Shown: positions 25,778-33,622, counted from the stretch's first letter. The stretch is DNA of 40,338 nucleotides from a virus (IMGVR_UViG_3300032373_000041:1-40338), one strand, 5' to 3'. Translations and numbers: made by a program. Notes: generated by a model from the letters alone, not told the origin.

Positions 25778-26410
25778 TCATGCGGCCTCCGCTTTCGGTG
25801 TTATGTAATCACCCCATTGGCCGGCCATTGCCTGTGCAATTCCCTGGAATGTCCGGCTACGCTCTTTCCAACGGTTCGGGCCTGGCGGCAGGTAGTGAAG
25901 CCGTTGCCGCTCATTGTCGGGCAGCAACATCATTGCCTCTTTGACGTTTTCAGTTGGTTGCAATTTGGGCAGGTTTTTCAACCACAGCCCCGTTGCCTTT
26001 TGTTCCTTGTGACCGAACATCCACGGCTGCACGATTTGATCGGGCCTGCGTCCACCAAGAAGCGCGCGAGCATATTTGTGCATGATGGGATTTTCCATCG
26101 CGATGTGCGGGATCGGTGCATCAAGCAGCGTCCGCATGAACGCCATGCTGTCGAATAACTTTGGCCAGCGCGTCGGGTCTTTGTGAAGGTGGCAGACGCC
26201 CGAATTTGTTGCATACGTGCAAGTCGGATGGAAAATGGCTAAACCCCACCCGTCACTTAGAATTTCGAGCAGGTCGCCTTGTATATGCCATTGAGGGTCG
26301 CGCTCGCATGGCTCAAAGTCGCAAGACCACGCATCAAAGCCACGCTGCCGGAAGGCATCGCGAACGCGGGCGCTATATTCACAGCCAACCAAGACGCGAA
26401 GCTTACTCAT
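25778..26410 (-). CDS. C5-cytosine DNA methyltransferase-like protein
   Basis: VLVGCEYS, WSCD, HPTC (PC-like), ENP, ERSRTF. Confidence 0.7.
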   Translation of the reverse strand: MSKLRVLVGCEYSARVRDAFRQRGFDAWSCDFEPCERDPQWHIQGDLLEILSDGWGLAIFHPTCTYATNSGVCHLHKDPTRWPKLFDSMAFMRTLLDAPIPHIAMENPIMHKYARALLGGRRPDQIVQPWMFGHKEQKATGLWLKNLPKLQPTENVKEAMMLLPDNERQRLHYLPPGPNRWKERSRTFQGIAQAMAGQWGDYITPKAEAA

Positions 26411-26859
26411 GCCGCTTCGACTTTCAGCTTCCGCAGTTGCTCGTCGATCGCATCGCGGGCGCTTTCCAATACAGAGCGATTGTCGCGAACTTCCTGCGCT
26501 GTAATCGTGCCATCCTCTAGCGCGTGAGATAGCGAGGCAGAGGCGTTCAATATGGTTGTCAGGGCGCTATGATCGCAGCGGCTTCCTGATGGGCGGCTGT
26601 CAACACAAAGCCTGTCGAAATATCCGGTGAAGCGCCCGTTCCATTCACGCTTGCCGCGACCAAATGCGACCGCATTCATTGCGGCTTTTTCGTTAGCGTA
26701 GTTTGACGCCTGATCGTCTGAAACGCCGAGAACCTTGCCTACATCATCCCAAGTCAGATCGTCGGCGTGACGTATCTCGTGAATGGCGCGACCGAGCGCA
26801 CTAAGCGCGTTTGAATCGGAAAAGACAGGCCGTTTACCGTGGATTACAGGGGCGCTCAT
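26407..26859 (-). CDS. CII-like HTH regulator
   Basis: LTWDDVGKVLGVSDDQASNY HTH; ALEDGTITAQE C-terminus; downstream of cro. Confidence 0.65.
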   Translation of the reverse strand: MSAPVIHGKRPVFSDSNALSALGRAIHEIRHADDLTWDDVGKVLGVSDDQASNYANEKAAMNAVAFGRGKREWNGRFTGYFDRLCVDSRPSGSRCDHSALTTILNASASLSHALEDGTITAQEVRDNRSVLESARDAIDEQLRKLKVEAA

Positions 26860-27181
26860 TCGATATCACCTTCATTATGGAAAGGACGGAAATCAGTGGA
26901 CGCCGGAGCCGAGGGAGAGGAAACGCCCCGGCGTCCTTCACCCGCGAGGGCGAAACTGTTGCTATTGGCGATGTGTTCGCCAGAATAATTGCTGACCTTG
27001 ATGTTGACGCAGAACGGCAGAACAGGCTTCCACCTGTCGCGGTCGGTTCCATCTGGTGTGTCGAGAACGTTGCTTATGTCGGGAGCTGTCATGCCAACCC
27101 CCGCGTTAGGCTTGTGTTAAGTATTTGCCCGCAGTGTTCGCGCCGGGTCGCATCGGTCGAATTACCTGATGGAAAACACGC

Positions 27182-27376
27182 ATGGCGCTTATTCACGCGC
27201 AGGAAATTAGCTTTGCAGCCGCAGAAGGCGGGGTTGTCGTTACCTTCACAAGTGGCGCGGAAACTCTCGAAGTGTTTATGCAGCGCAGTGCGTTTTATGT
27301 TGCCATCCAAGACAGCAAGAACCTTGTTAGCGAACTTGAGGCCGAGGATTCGGACGTTGTGGAATTGCGGGGTTAG
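27182..27376 (+). CDS. Counter-oriented 64-aa acidic protein convergent on cro
   Basis: Protein-like composition; its stop overlaps the cro stop. Confidence 0.5.
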   Translation: MALIHAQEISFAAAEGGVVVTFTSGAETLEVFMQRSAFYVAIQDSKNLVSELEAEDSDVVELRG

Positions 27377-27603
27377 CATTGAGCGGCTCGCTCAGATGTC
27401 GGAACCCAAGGCTCAAGCATTTCAGAGGCTACAATCTGTTCCTCTGTCAGGTCCGCTATCGAACTGTGACGCCAGCCCAGTTTGCGATAAAGCAGCACAG
27501 CCAGAGGGCGCGAAGGCTTCTTGCCGTTCGCAATCTCGCTCGCATAGGAAGGGCTGATGCCCGATGCCTTGAGTATCTCGGATGATTTGGGGGCGTCATT
27601 CAT
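27373..27603 (-). CDS. cro: Cro-like HTH repressor
   Basis: GISPSYASEIANGKKPS HTH; divergent from cI; ATG next to an operator. Confidence 0.8.
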   Translation of the reverse strand: MNDAPKSSEILKASGISPSYASEIANGKKPSRPLAVLLYRKLGWRHSSIADLTEEQIVASEMLEPWVPTSERAAQC

Positions 27604-27611
27604 AGAAGAAC

Positions 27612-27697
27612 ATTCGCAGATTGCGAATATAAATGCAACCCCTGAATTTCGCAAAAGTGGTAATGACGCAAACTGCGTAATATCGCATTGTGCGTAT
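27612..27697. promoter_or_regulatory. Right operator region: three 17-bp palindromes
   Basis: ATTCGCA-GAT-TGCGAAT 27612-27628, TGACGCA-AAC-TGCGTAA 27664-27680, TATCGCA-TTG-TGCGTAT 27681-27697. Confidence 0.85.
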
Positions 27698-28048
27698 ATG
27701 GATGAATCCGACAATAAGAACGGCGGGCCAAACCACCTTCACGCATGGATGAAGCATCGCGGTGTTAAGGGTGTTGATCTGGCCAAAGCGCTGGGCGGCA
27801 CTGTCACACCCGGCATGGTAAGCGATCTGGCGAATAGTAATCGTGCGCTCAGCGCCAAATGGTTGCGCCGGATTGCGCCGATCCTCGACACTACGCCTGG
27901 AATGCTTTTAGACCACGACCCAACAATATTAGACGCAGATGTTATTGAAATGTGGGGTAGCGCCAGCCAGCGTCAGAAGGCTCAAATCGCAAACATCGCA
28001 AAAACACTTCTTGCGTCGGATGAAGACCTAACCGGAACCGACGATTGA
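27698..28048 (+). CDS. cI: CI-like XRE HTH repressor, 116 aa, no peptidase domain
   Basis: LHAWMKHRGVKGVDLAKAL...MVSDLAN...LSAKWLRRIAPILDTTPGMLL; divergent from cro. Confidence 0.85.
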   Translation: MDESDNKNGGPNHLHAWMKHRGVKGVDLAKALGGTVTPGMVSDLANSNRALSAKWLRRIAPILDTTPGMLLDHDPTILDADVIEMWGSASQRQKAQIANIAKTLLASDEDLTGTDD

Positions 28049-28767
28049 TAAATCAGTGGAGGATAATTGCCGCGAGAGCAGTTCTTGTTCTCGCATTGGC
28101 GCTCACTAGCACACTAGCGCCAGTTTCCGCGAAATCAGCTCACCGGACGCTTGTTGAAATCTCCGAAGCAAGGGACTTCGCCTATGCGGAGCGCTACAAA
28201 GTTGCGATGGTTGAAGCTAACTCTGCGATTGATTTATTTACTGAAGCCGTTTCCAATGGTGAAGCGCCGGAAGTTGTTGGAAGACTTTTCGAAGCGGTGA
28301 TGGCAAAGGTCGCGACAGCCCACGAAGTTCGTGGCAGGGGTGTGGCAGTCAATGGTTTTGTCACCCACTTCAATGAGAAGCCAAACCCGTTAGAAAGCGA
28401 ACTATGGCTACAAGCACAAGCCAATGATCTGAAGCAACATATCAGGAATGTTGAACAACTTGAGCGAGAGGCAAAGGCGGCGCCGCAATCTGGTGATTTC
28501 CTAAACATGATCAAAACAACTCAAGAATGGATCGCCGCACATTCGGAGTTACTCGGAAAATCTGAAGAGCTCCAACTAATCAGCGCCAACCTCGACAGCT
28601 ATCATTCGGAACGCAACCGCCGCGATCAATCTCGCAGAAATGGAATACGGGCATTTCTCTCCGGCCTTGCTAACGGACTTCGTGCCGAGGCCCCACAAAG
28701 CCAGTTTCTAACAACCACAATCCATTGCCAGCAATACTATTCAGGGGTGAGCTGCCGGACACCTTAG
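28045..28767 (+). CDS. Exported helical protein co-transcribed with cI
   Basis: Signal peptide (RAVLVLALALTSTLAPVSA); TTGA overlap with cI stop. Confidence 0.7.
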   Translation: MINQWRIIAARAVLVLALALTSTLAPVSAKSAHRTLVEISEARDFAYAERYKVAMVEANSAIDLFTEAVSNGEAPEVVGRLFEAVMAKVATAHEVRGRGVAVNGFVTHFNEKPNPLESELWLQAQANDLKQHIRNVEQLEREAKAAPQSGDFLNMIKTTQEWIAAHSELLGKSEELQLISANLDSYHSERNRRDQSRRNGIRAFLSGLANGLRAEAPQSQFLTTTIHCQQYYSGVSCRTP

Positions 28768-28774
28768 CAACGAA

Positions 28775-28825
28775 TATCGCAATTTGCGAATTATGTGCTT
28801 GACCTAACATTCGCAATCTGCGAAT
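28775..28825. promoter_or_regulatory. Left operator region: two 17-bp palindromes around a TTGACC -35
   Basis: TATCGCA-ATT-TGCGAAT 28775-28791, ATTCGCA-ATC-TGCGAAT 28809-28825, TTGACC 28799-28804. Confidence 0.85.
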
Positions 28826-28849
28826 ACAGTCTCCAGAACGGAGATTGTA

Positions 28850-29617
28850 ATGGACACTCAACTCGAAAAATACGAAGTTCGCAACCGCTGGACAAATGCA
28901 GTCCAGTTCACCGCTGAAATCAGCGCAACTCCCGACATGCAACCAAGCATCAAACTTGGCCTTGCAGTCAAGTGGGCGCGCAAAAGCGGTGCTGACCTGC
29001 GCGGTGCTGACCTGGGCGGTGCTAACCTGCGCGATGCTGACCTGAGCGGTGCTAACCTGCGCGGTGCTAACCTGCGCGGTGCTAACCTGCGCGGTGCTGA
29101 CCTGCGCGGTGCTGACCTGCGCGGTGCTGACCTGAGCGATGCTAACCTGCGCGGTGCTTACCTGGGCGGTGCTAACCTGCGCGATGCTGACCTGAGCGGT
29201 GCTAACCTGCGCGGTGCTTACCTGGGCGGTGCTAACCTGCGCGGTGCTTACCTGCGCGGTGCTTACCTGGGCGGTGCTAACCTGCGCGGTGCTTACCTGC
29301 GCGATTGCCCTGTCAAAATCGAAAACATCCACCAGAAGGTGTTTGAGGCAGCGTCCAAGGATGGTGCGCTAGATATGGGCGACTGGCACAATGGAGGGAA
29401 TTTCTGCGGCACCACTCATTGCCGAGCAGGTTGGGTGACTCACCTAGCTGGCGAGGGTGGCCGCGCTCTTGAATTTGCGATTGGAACTCCCGCAGCGGCG
29501 GCGATGATTTATCTTGCCAGTGATCCCACACTTGAGAAGATGCCCAGTTTCTATTGCGACAACCAGACCGCATTAGAGGATATGAAACGTCTCGCGGAAG
29601 CTGAGGCGTCAGCATGA
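28850..29617 (+). CDS. Pentapeptide repeat protein, A(D/N/Y)Lxx type
   Basis: 21 repeats; GGAG RBS; C-terminal [10 protein letters not shown] domain. Confidence 0.92.
   Translation: MDTQLEKYEVRNRWTNAVQFTAEISATPDMQPSIKLGLAVKWARKSGADLRGADLGGANLRDADLSGANLRGANLRGANLRGADLRGADLRGADLSDANLRGAYLGGANLRDADLSGANLRGAYLGGANLRGAYLRGAYLGGANLRGAYLRDCPVKIENIHQKVFEAASKDGALDMGDWHNGGNFCGTTHCRAGWVTHLAGEGGRALEFAIGTPAAAAMIYLASDPTLEKMPSFYCDNQTALEDMKRLAEAEASA
28988..29302 (+). repeat. 21 x 15-bp tandem array G(G/A)T GCT (A/G/T)AC CTG (C/G/A)GC
   Basis: Read directly from the sequence. Confidence 0.95.
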
Positions 29618-29928
29618 ACGCCCTCACCAACTTAGACGCCGATCCGATTGCCAGCTTTGCGCTTGCGATCCGCGATCGTTCTTACACAACCTACAGCGAG
29701 TTGTTCACTGACGAACAATGGCAGGAAGCCGGACAGTTCTATTCCGATGATGGGCTGAACGCTCGCGAACAACTCGCGTTGATGATGGCTCAAGACAAAG
29801 CCCGCGCTGAATACGACAGCATTGCTTGGGCCTACGAACAGCGCGCCCGCAAAGAATGGCAAGACAACTTTGACGATTGGTTTGCCCATCAAGGGGTTCG
29901 CAGTGTTGCGGGCATGGTTAGCGCATGA
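29614..29928 (+). CDS. Hypothetical protein
   Basis: ATGA coupling; GAGG RBS. Confidence 0.7.
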   Translation: MNALTNLDADPIASFALAIRDRSYTTYSELFTDEQWQEAGQFYSDDGLNAREQLALMMAQDKARAEYDSIAWAYEQRARKEWQDNFDDWFAHQGVRSVAGMVSA

Positions 29929-30107
29929 GCGACCTACCACACAGACTTTACTCTGCCCTGCGGAATCGTGGTTTTAGCGAGCCAGAAATTGAAACAATGA
30001 CGCCGCGCGAGATGGTGTCGCAGTATGCTGGTTGGCATCTAGGAAACACATCTTGGGGTGAAGAGTTTTTCGATCTGATCGAGCAGCTCAAAGGCGGTGA
30101 AGCATGA
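29925..30107 (+). CDS. Hypothetical protein
   Basis: ATGA coupling. Confidence 0.65.
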   Translation: MSDLPHRLYSALRNRGFSEPEIETMTPREMVSQYAGWHLGNTSWGEEFFDLIEQLKGGEA

Positions 30108-30283
30108 GCATCGCCGCAAAGAACGCCCGCGCTGCTGAAAGCGTGCAATCCGAAATTCAATCCGACCCGTTCGCCGCGTTCAATAGGTGGAGCGATCAGT
30201 TGGATGAACTGGAACGCGACTGGTCTGCATACAAGGTCAGGTTAGCCGCAACTGCACGCCGGATTGACGAGGCGCGCAAGTGA
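30104..30283 (+). CDS. 59-aa hypothetical protein (MSIAAKNAR...), not in ORF track
   Basis: ATGA and GTGA coupling at the two ends. Confidence 0.6.
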   Translation: MSIAAKNARAAESVQSEIQSDPFAAFNRWSDQLDELERDWSAYKVRLAATARRIDEARK

Positions 30284-30399
30284 CACGTCACCACATCAAA
30301 GGCGCAGCAATAGGCATCCTCTTAGCCCTTCTGGTCGCAACAATGGGCAACGCATTCACCGCAGGAATGGCTGCGGGAACAACCGGAGAAATTCAATGA
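30280..30399 (+). CDS. 39-aa membrane peptide, not in ORF track
   Basis: GAGG RBS, GTG start, AAIGILLALLVATMG. Confidence 0.5.
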   Translation: MTRHHIKGAAIGILLALLVATMGNAFTAGMAAGTTGEIQ

Positions 30400-31043
30400 C
30401 AGACAGCAACACTGGCCACAGCAACACTGGCCACAGCAACACTGGCAACAGCAACACTGGCTACAGGAACACTGGCAACAGCAACACTGGCTACAGGAAC
30501 ACTGGCAACTGGAACACTGGCAACAGGAACACTGGCAACAGCAACACTGGCGACTGGAACACTGGCGACTGGAACACTGGCAACAGGAACACTGGCAACA
30601 GGAACACTGGCGACTGGAACACTGGCGACTGGAACACTGGTTATTTCAATACGACTACACCGGAAGCGGTGCGAGCATTCAATTCTGACTGCTCACGCGA
30701 GGAATGGGACAACGCAAACAAGCCGAACTGGCTTTATCATCCATCGCCAACCACTTGGGTTTCAGACTCCAAAATGACCGGACAAGAGAAGGTTGATAAC
30801 CCGACCTTCCGCACTTGCGGCGGCTATCTACGCAAGAACGAATGGCACGAAGAATGGCGCAAGGAATACGAAAACGCCAGCGCTGAGGATATTCAAGCAG
30901 TCCGCGACCTGCCCAATTTTGACGCCGAGATATTCAAGGAAATCACTGGCCTCGATCTAAGCGAAAACGCCGCACCGAAAGAGATATTTTTCGAGGGTGC
31001 GCGTTACGTTCTTGCGTCAGATCAAACCGGAGAAATTCAATGA
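30396..31043 (+). CDS. NTGxx pentapeptide repeat protein
   Basis: GGAG RBS and ATG at 30396; 15-16 NTGxx repeats; C-terminal CGGYL...LPNFDAEIFKEITG domain. Confidence 0.9.
   Translation: MTDSNTGHSNTGHSNTGNSNTGYRNTGNSNTGYRNTGNWNTGNRNTGNSNTGDWNTGDWNTGNRNTGNRNTGDWNTGDWNTGYFNTTTPEAVRAFNSDCSREEWDNANKPNWLYHPSPTTWVSDSKMTGQEKVDNPTFRTCGGYLRKNEWHEEWRKEYENASAEDIQAVRDLPNFDAEIFKEITGLDLSENAAPKEIFFEGARYVLASDQTGEIQ
30408..30632 (+). repeat. 15 x 15-bp tandem array AAC ACT GGC NAC (A/T)G(C/G)
   Basis: Read directly from the sequence. Confidence 0.95.
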
Positions 31044-31744
31044 ACGCCCCAAACACAGGAATCGTCAACATTCGCGGCAAGGAATATCACACCGTTGCCA
31101 AGCGCGTTCATGTCTTTCGCGACGCATTCCCAGAACACAGTCTGACAACCGACATTATTGCGCGGGATCAAGATTGCGTGGTTATGCGCGCCGCCATTTC
31201 AGATGAGGCGGGCCGCACAATCGCAACGGGCTTCGCAGAGGAAAACCGCAAAGGCTCGCAGATCAACCGAACCAGCGCGCTAGAGAATTGCGAAACGTCG
31301 GCAATTGGTCGCGCACTAGCAGCATTTGGCATTGGCGGAACTGAATACGCCAGCGCCAATGAGGTGGAAAACGCGATCCACCAACAGCAGGAGGGACGCA
31401 GCCAAGGCGATAGCCAAGGCGAGGTTAGCCCTCCTGCTAAACCTAAGAATTGGGGCGGTCGCTATCCAACCAAGACCGCGCTCAAGAAAGCGATGCACGA
31501 GCATCACGCAGAGATTGAGCGCATCGGTCTTGAAGGCGCGATGGATGATTTAGAAACCTATCTCGCCTCGCCTGAATATCAGGACTTTATCAAGCAAGCT
31601 TCGGAAAACGCGCCCCATTACCTTGAAGGGCCGCGCCATAAGCAGGCACCGCCAGAATTTATCCAGACGTTCGCTCTGGAAAGCAAATCCCGCGACATGA
31701 TTGCAATTCGCGGAAACCAGCCAATCGAAAAGGAAAACACATAA
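31040..31744 (+). CDS. Single-strand annealing protein (Rad52/Sak-like)
   Basis: GKEYHTVAKRV...ALENCETSAIGRAL...ASANEV; adjacent to ssb. Confidence 0.7.
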   Translation: MNAPNTGIVNIRGKEYHTVAKRVHVFRDAFPEHSLTTDIIARDQDCVVMRAAISDEAGRTIATGFAEENRKGSQINRTSALENCETSAIGRALAAFGIGGTEYASANEVENAIHQQQEGRSQGDSQGEVSPPAKPKNWGGRYPTKTALKKAMHEHHAEIERIGLEGAMDDLETYLASPEYQDFIKQASENAPHYLEGPRHKQAPPEFIQTFALESKSRDMIAIRGNQPIEKENT

Positions 31745-32154
31745 TGCTTACCGTAACAATAGCCGGAAACCTGGGCCGCGATGCCGAGCATAAATCCACG
31801 AACAACAGCGAACTTTGCTCGTTCCCTGTCGCCGCCAGTGTTGGCTATGGCGACAACAAACAGACATATTGGGTTGACGTTACCAAATGGGGCAAAGGCT
31901 CCGAAGGGCTAACCCGTATCCTGCGAAAAGGCAGCAAGGTCACGGTGTCCGGCGAACTCACCATGCGCGAGCATAACGGCAAGAGTTACCTTCAATGCCG
32001 AGCCGATCACGTCGCCATCCAGGGAACACCGAACGGCAATTCTGGCGGCGGCGGCAGTGGCGGTTCTGGCGGCGGCGCAACACCCGACAACGGCCCGCCA
32101 ACCGACGACCTCGATGACGACATTCCGTTTGTCACTTCCGAAGGCATTTTCTGA
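31744..32154 (+). CDS. ssb: Single-stranded DNA-binding protein
   Basis: IAGNLGRDAE, LRKGSKVTVSGEL, Gly linker, DDDIPF tail. Confidence 0.95.
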   Translation: MLTVTIAGNLGRDAEHKSTNNSELCSFPVAASVGYGDNKQTYWVDVTKWGKGSEGLTRILRKGSKVTVSGELTMREHNGKSYLQCRADHVAIQGTPNGNSGGGGSGGSGGGATPDNGPPTDDLDDDIPFVTSEGIF

Positions 32155-32209
32155 ACAATTCACCAGAGAGGGCGGGTTGCCTAATAAGCGCCCGCCTCAA
32201 AGGAACAAT

Positions 32210-32407
32210 ATGAGCAATACCAATTCATCTTCATCAAGCGGCGGCATCGGTTTTGTCGGGCTTCTCACAATCCTGTTCATTGCCCTCAAGCTAACGGAAG
32301 TGATTAGTTGGTCATGGCTTTGGGTTTTGTCGCCTGTGTGGATCCTAATATCCATCTGGCTCGTCGTGATTATTGGCGTTGCAACCCACGTTACGCTCAA
32401 GAAATAA
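32210..32407 (+). CDS. Small two-TM membrane protein
   Basis: GGIGFVGLLTILFIALKLTEVISWSWLWVLSPVWI. Confidence 0.75.
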   Translation: MSNTNSSSSSGGIGFVGLLTILFIALKLTEVISWSWLWVLSPVWILISIWLVVIIGVATHVTLKK

Positions 32408-32745
32408 TGGCCAAGCGCGCACCAACAAAGCAGGAAAGGGAATACCGCAACTATGTGGCTTCTCATGGCTGCTTGGTGTGCGGCGCTCCGGCGACGCTTC
32501 ACCATGTGACGGGGTATGCCGACCGAATGGGCAGAATACCCCGCACAGAGCAGCGTATCGCGCCCCTATGCCCCATGCACCATCAAACGGTTCACGACCC
32601 GCTCGCGGGCGATCCGGTGTCAGTTGAGGGGCTTAATCATCGCGGTTTTTTCAGGCGGCACAAAATCGACTTGAAGGCCGAAGCTGAGCGCCTTTGGGAA
32701 ACCTTCTTACAGGAGCGCAGCCATGCGGAACGACACGCCAGTTAG
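32407..32745 (+). CDS. Ref/DUF968-like HNH-family nuclease
   Basis: GCLVCG...LHH...PLCPMHH. Confidence 0.7.
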   Translation: MAKRAPTKQEREYRNYVASHGCLVCGAPATLHHVTGYADRMGRIPRTEQRIAPLCPMHHQTVHDPLAGDPVSVEGLNHRGFFRRHKIDLKAEAERLWETFLQERSHAERHAS

Positions 32746-33040
32746 CGAGCAATATCGGCTTGCAGCCCTTGAATGGGTTGACCTCGATAACGCTGCCAGA
32801 ATGCTTGACGAAGGCAAGAGCGCATTCATCGCGCAACGGATCGCAGACGAAGGCGACATTCCGCACTCCAAAGCGGATCGCATTGTCAGGGCTTCGGATG
32901 CCTATTCAGACTACATCAAAAGCATGGTGCGCGCCAAGACCGCCGCCAACCGTGCGCGGGTTGAACTCGACTACCTAAAAATGCGGCACATGGAACACAC
33001 GAGCGCGGAAGCAAACGCCAGATCGGAGCGGAAACTATGA
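32723..33040 (+). CDS. Hypothetical coiled-coil protein
   Basis: AGGAG RBS; helical. Confidence 0.7.
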   Translation: MRNDTPVSEQYRLAALEWVDLDNAARMLDEGKSAFIAQRIADEGDIPHSKADRIVRASDAYSDYIKSMVRAKTAANRARVELDYLKMRHMEHTSAEANARSERKL

Positions 33041-33183
33041 CTAGAACCTATACAAGCCACGGCAACGCAAAGCCTTGGGAATCGCGCGGCTATCAAGACC
33101 GCTGCCGTGTTGACGCCCCCATACTGCCAGGGCTTCCAATGGATGAACCAGGCTTCTTTGCTCGCTTGTTTGGGGTGAAGTGA
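33037..33183 (+). CDS. 48-aa hypothetical protein, not in ORF track
   Basis: GGAG RBS; ATGA and TGATG coupling. Confidence 0.5.
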   Translation: MTRTYTSHGNAKPWESRGYQDRCRVDAPILPGLPMDEPGFFARLFGVK

Positions 33184-33497
33184 TGCTTGAGTTCTTTTCC
33201 GAAGCCACAGTCAAAGGGCGGAAACTGCACCGTTGCGATGCTTGCCACACGCCGATTGTGAAGGGCGAGTTTCATGTTTCGATGTCTGGTAAGTTTGATG
33301 GCGATTTTTTCACGACGCGCAACCACTTAGACTGTCGGCAAGTAGAATGTGAATTGGCAAACATTCACGGACTATCTGGCGGCGAGGAGTGGCTTCATCT
33401 GCACGACCTTGAGCAAGATGACCGCAAATGGCTTTGGCAAAGGCACAACAACACATGGCAGCGACTGGCCCACATTTACGGTCGTTATCCTAAATGA
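33183..33497 (+). CDS. Zinc-binding hypothetical protein
   Basis: RKLHRCDAC..PIVKGE...HLDC. Confidence 0.7.
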   Translation: MLEFFSEATVKGRKLHRCDACHTPIVKGEFHVSMSGKFDGDFFTTRNHLDCRQVECELANIHGLSGGEEWLHLHDLEQDDRKWLWQRHNNTWQRLAHIYGRYPK

Positions 33498-33622
33498 CCC
33501 TCCACCATCCCGACGACGCGGACTTTCGCAAGCGCGACGCAGTGGGGCTTCTGCCTATGCTGCTTGTCGCGGCGGTTGTTTGGGCGTGGGACGCAATGAC
33601 AGGAACAAACTATGACCGATAA
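33494..33622 (+). CDS. 42-aa membrane peptide, not in ORF track
   Basis: ATGA coupling; AVGLLPMLLVAAVVWAW. Confidence 0.5.
   Translation: MTLHHPDDADFRKRDAVGLLPMLLVAAVVWAWDAMTGTNYDR

Noticed and set aside
26811-27557. 248-aa plus-strand ORF across cro
   Set aside because: No coherent protein features over its length and it overlaps cro and cII antisense; probably a chance open frame.
28670-29332. Minus-strand ORF with AQVST repeats
   Set aside because: Antisense shadow of the pentapeptide array; it also runs across the left operators.
28988-30647. Tandem arrays as CRISPR or as a classical DGR
   Set aside because: There are no unique spacers, both arrays are in-frame coding repeats, and no reverse transcriptase or TR/VR pair is visible.
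33603-33617. GAAC-N7-GACC as a second SOS box
   Set aside because: It has one mismatch, lies inside a coupled coding chain, and is explained by the RBS and ATG context.
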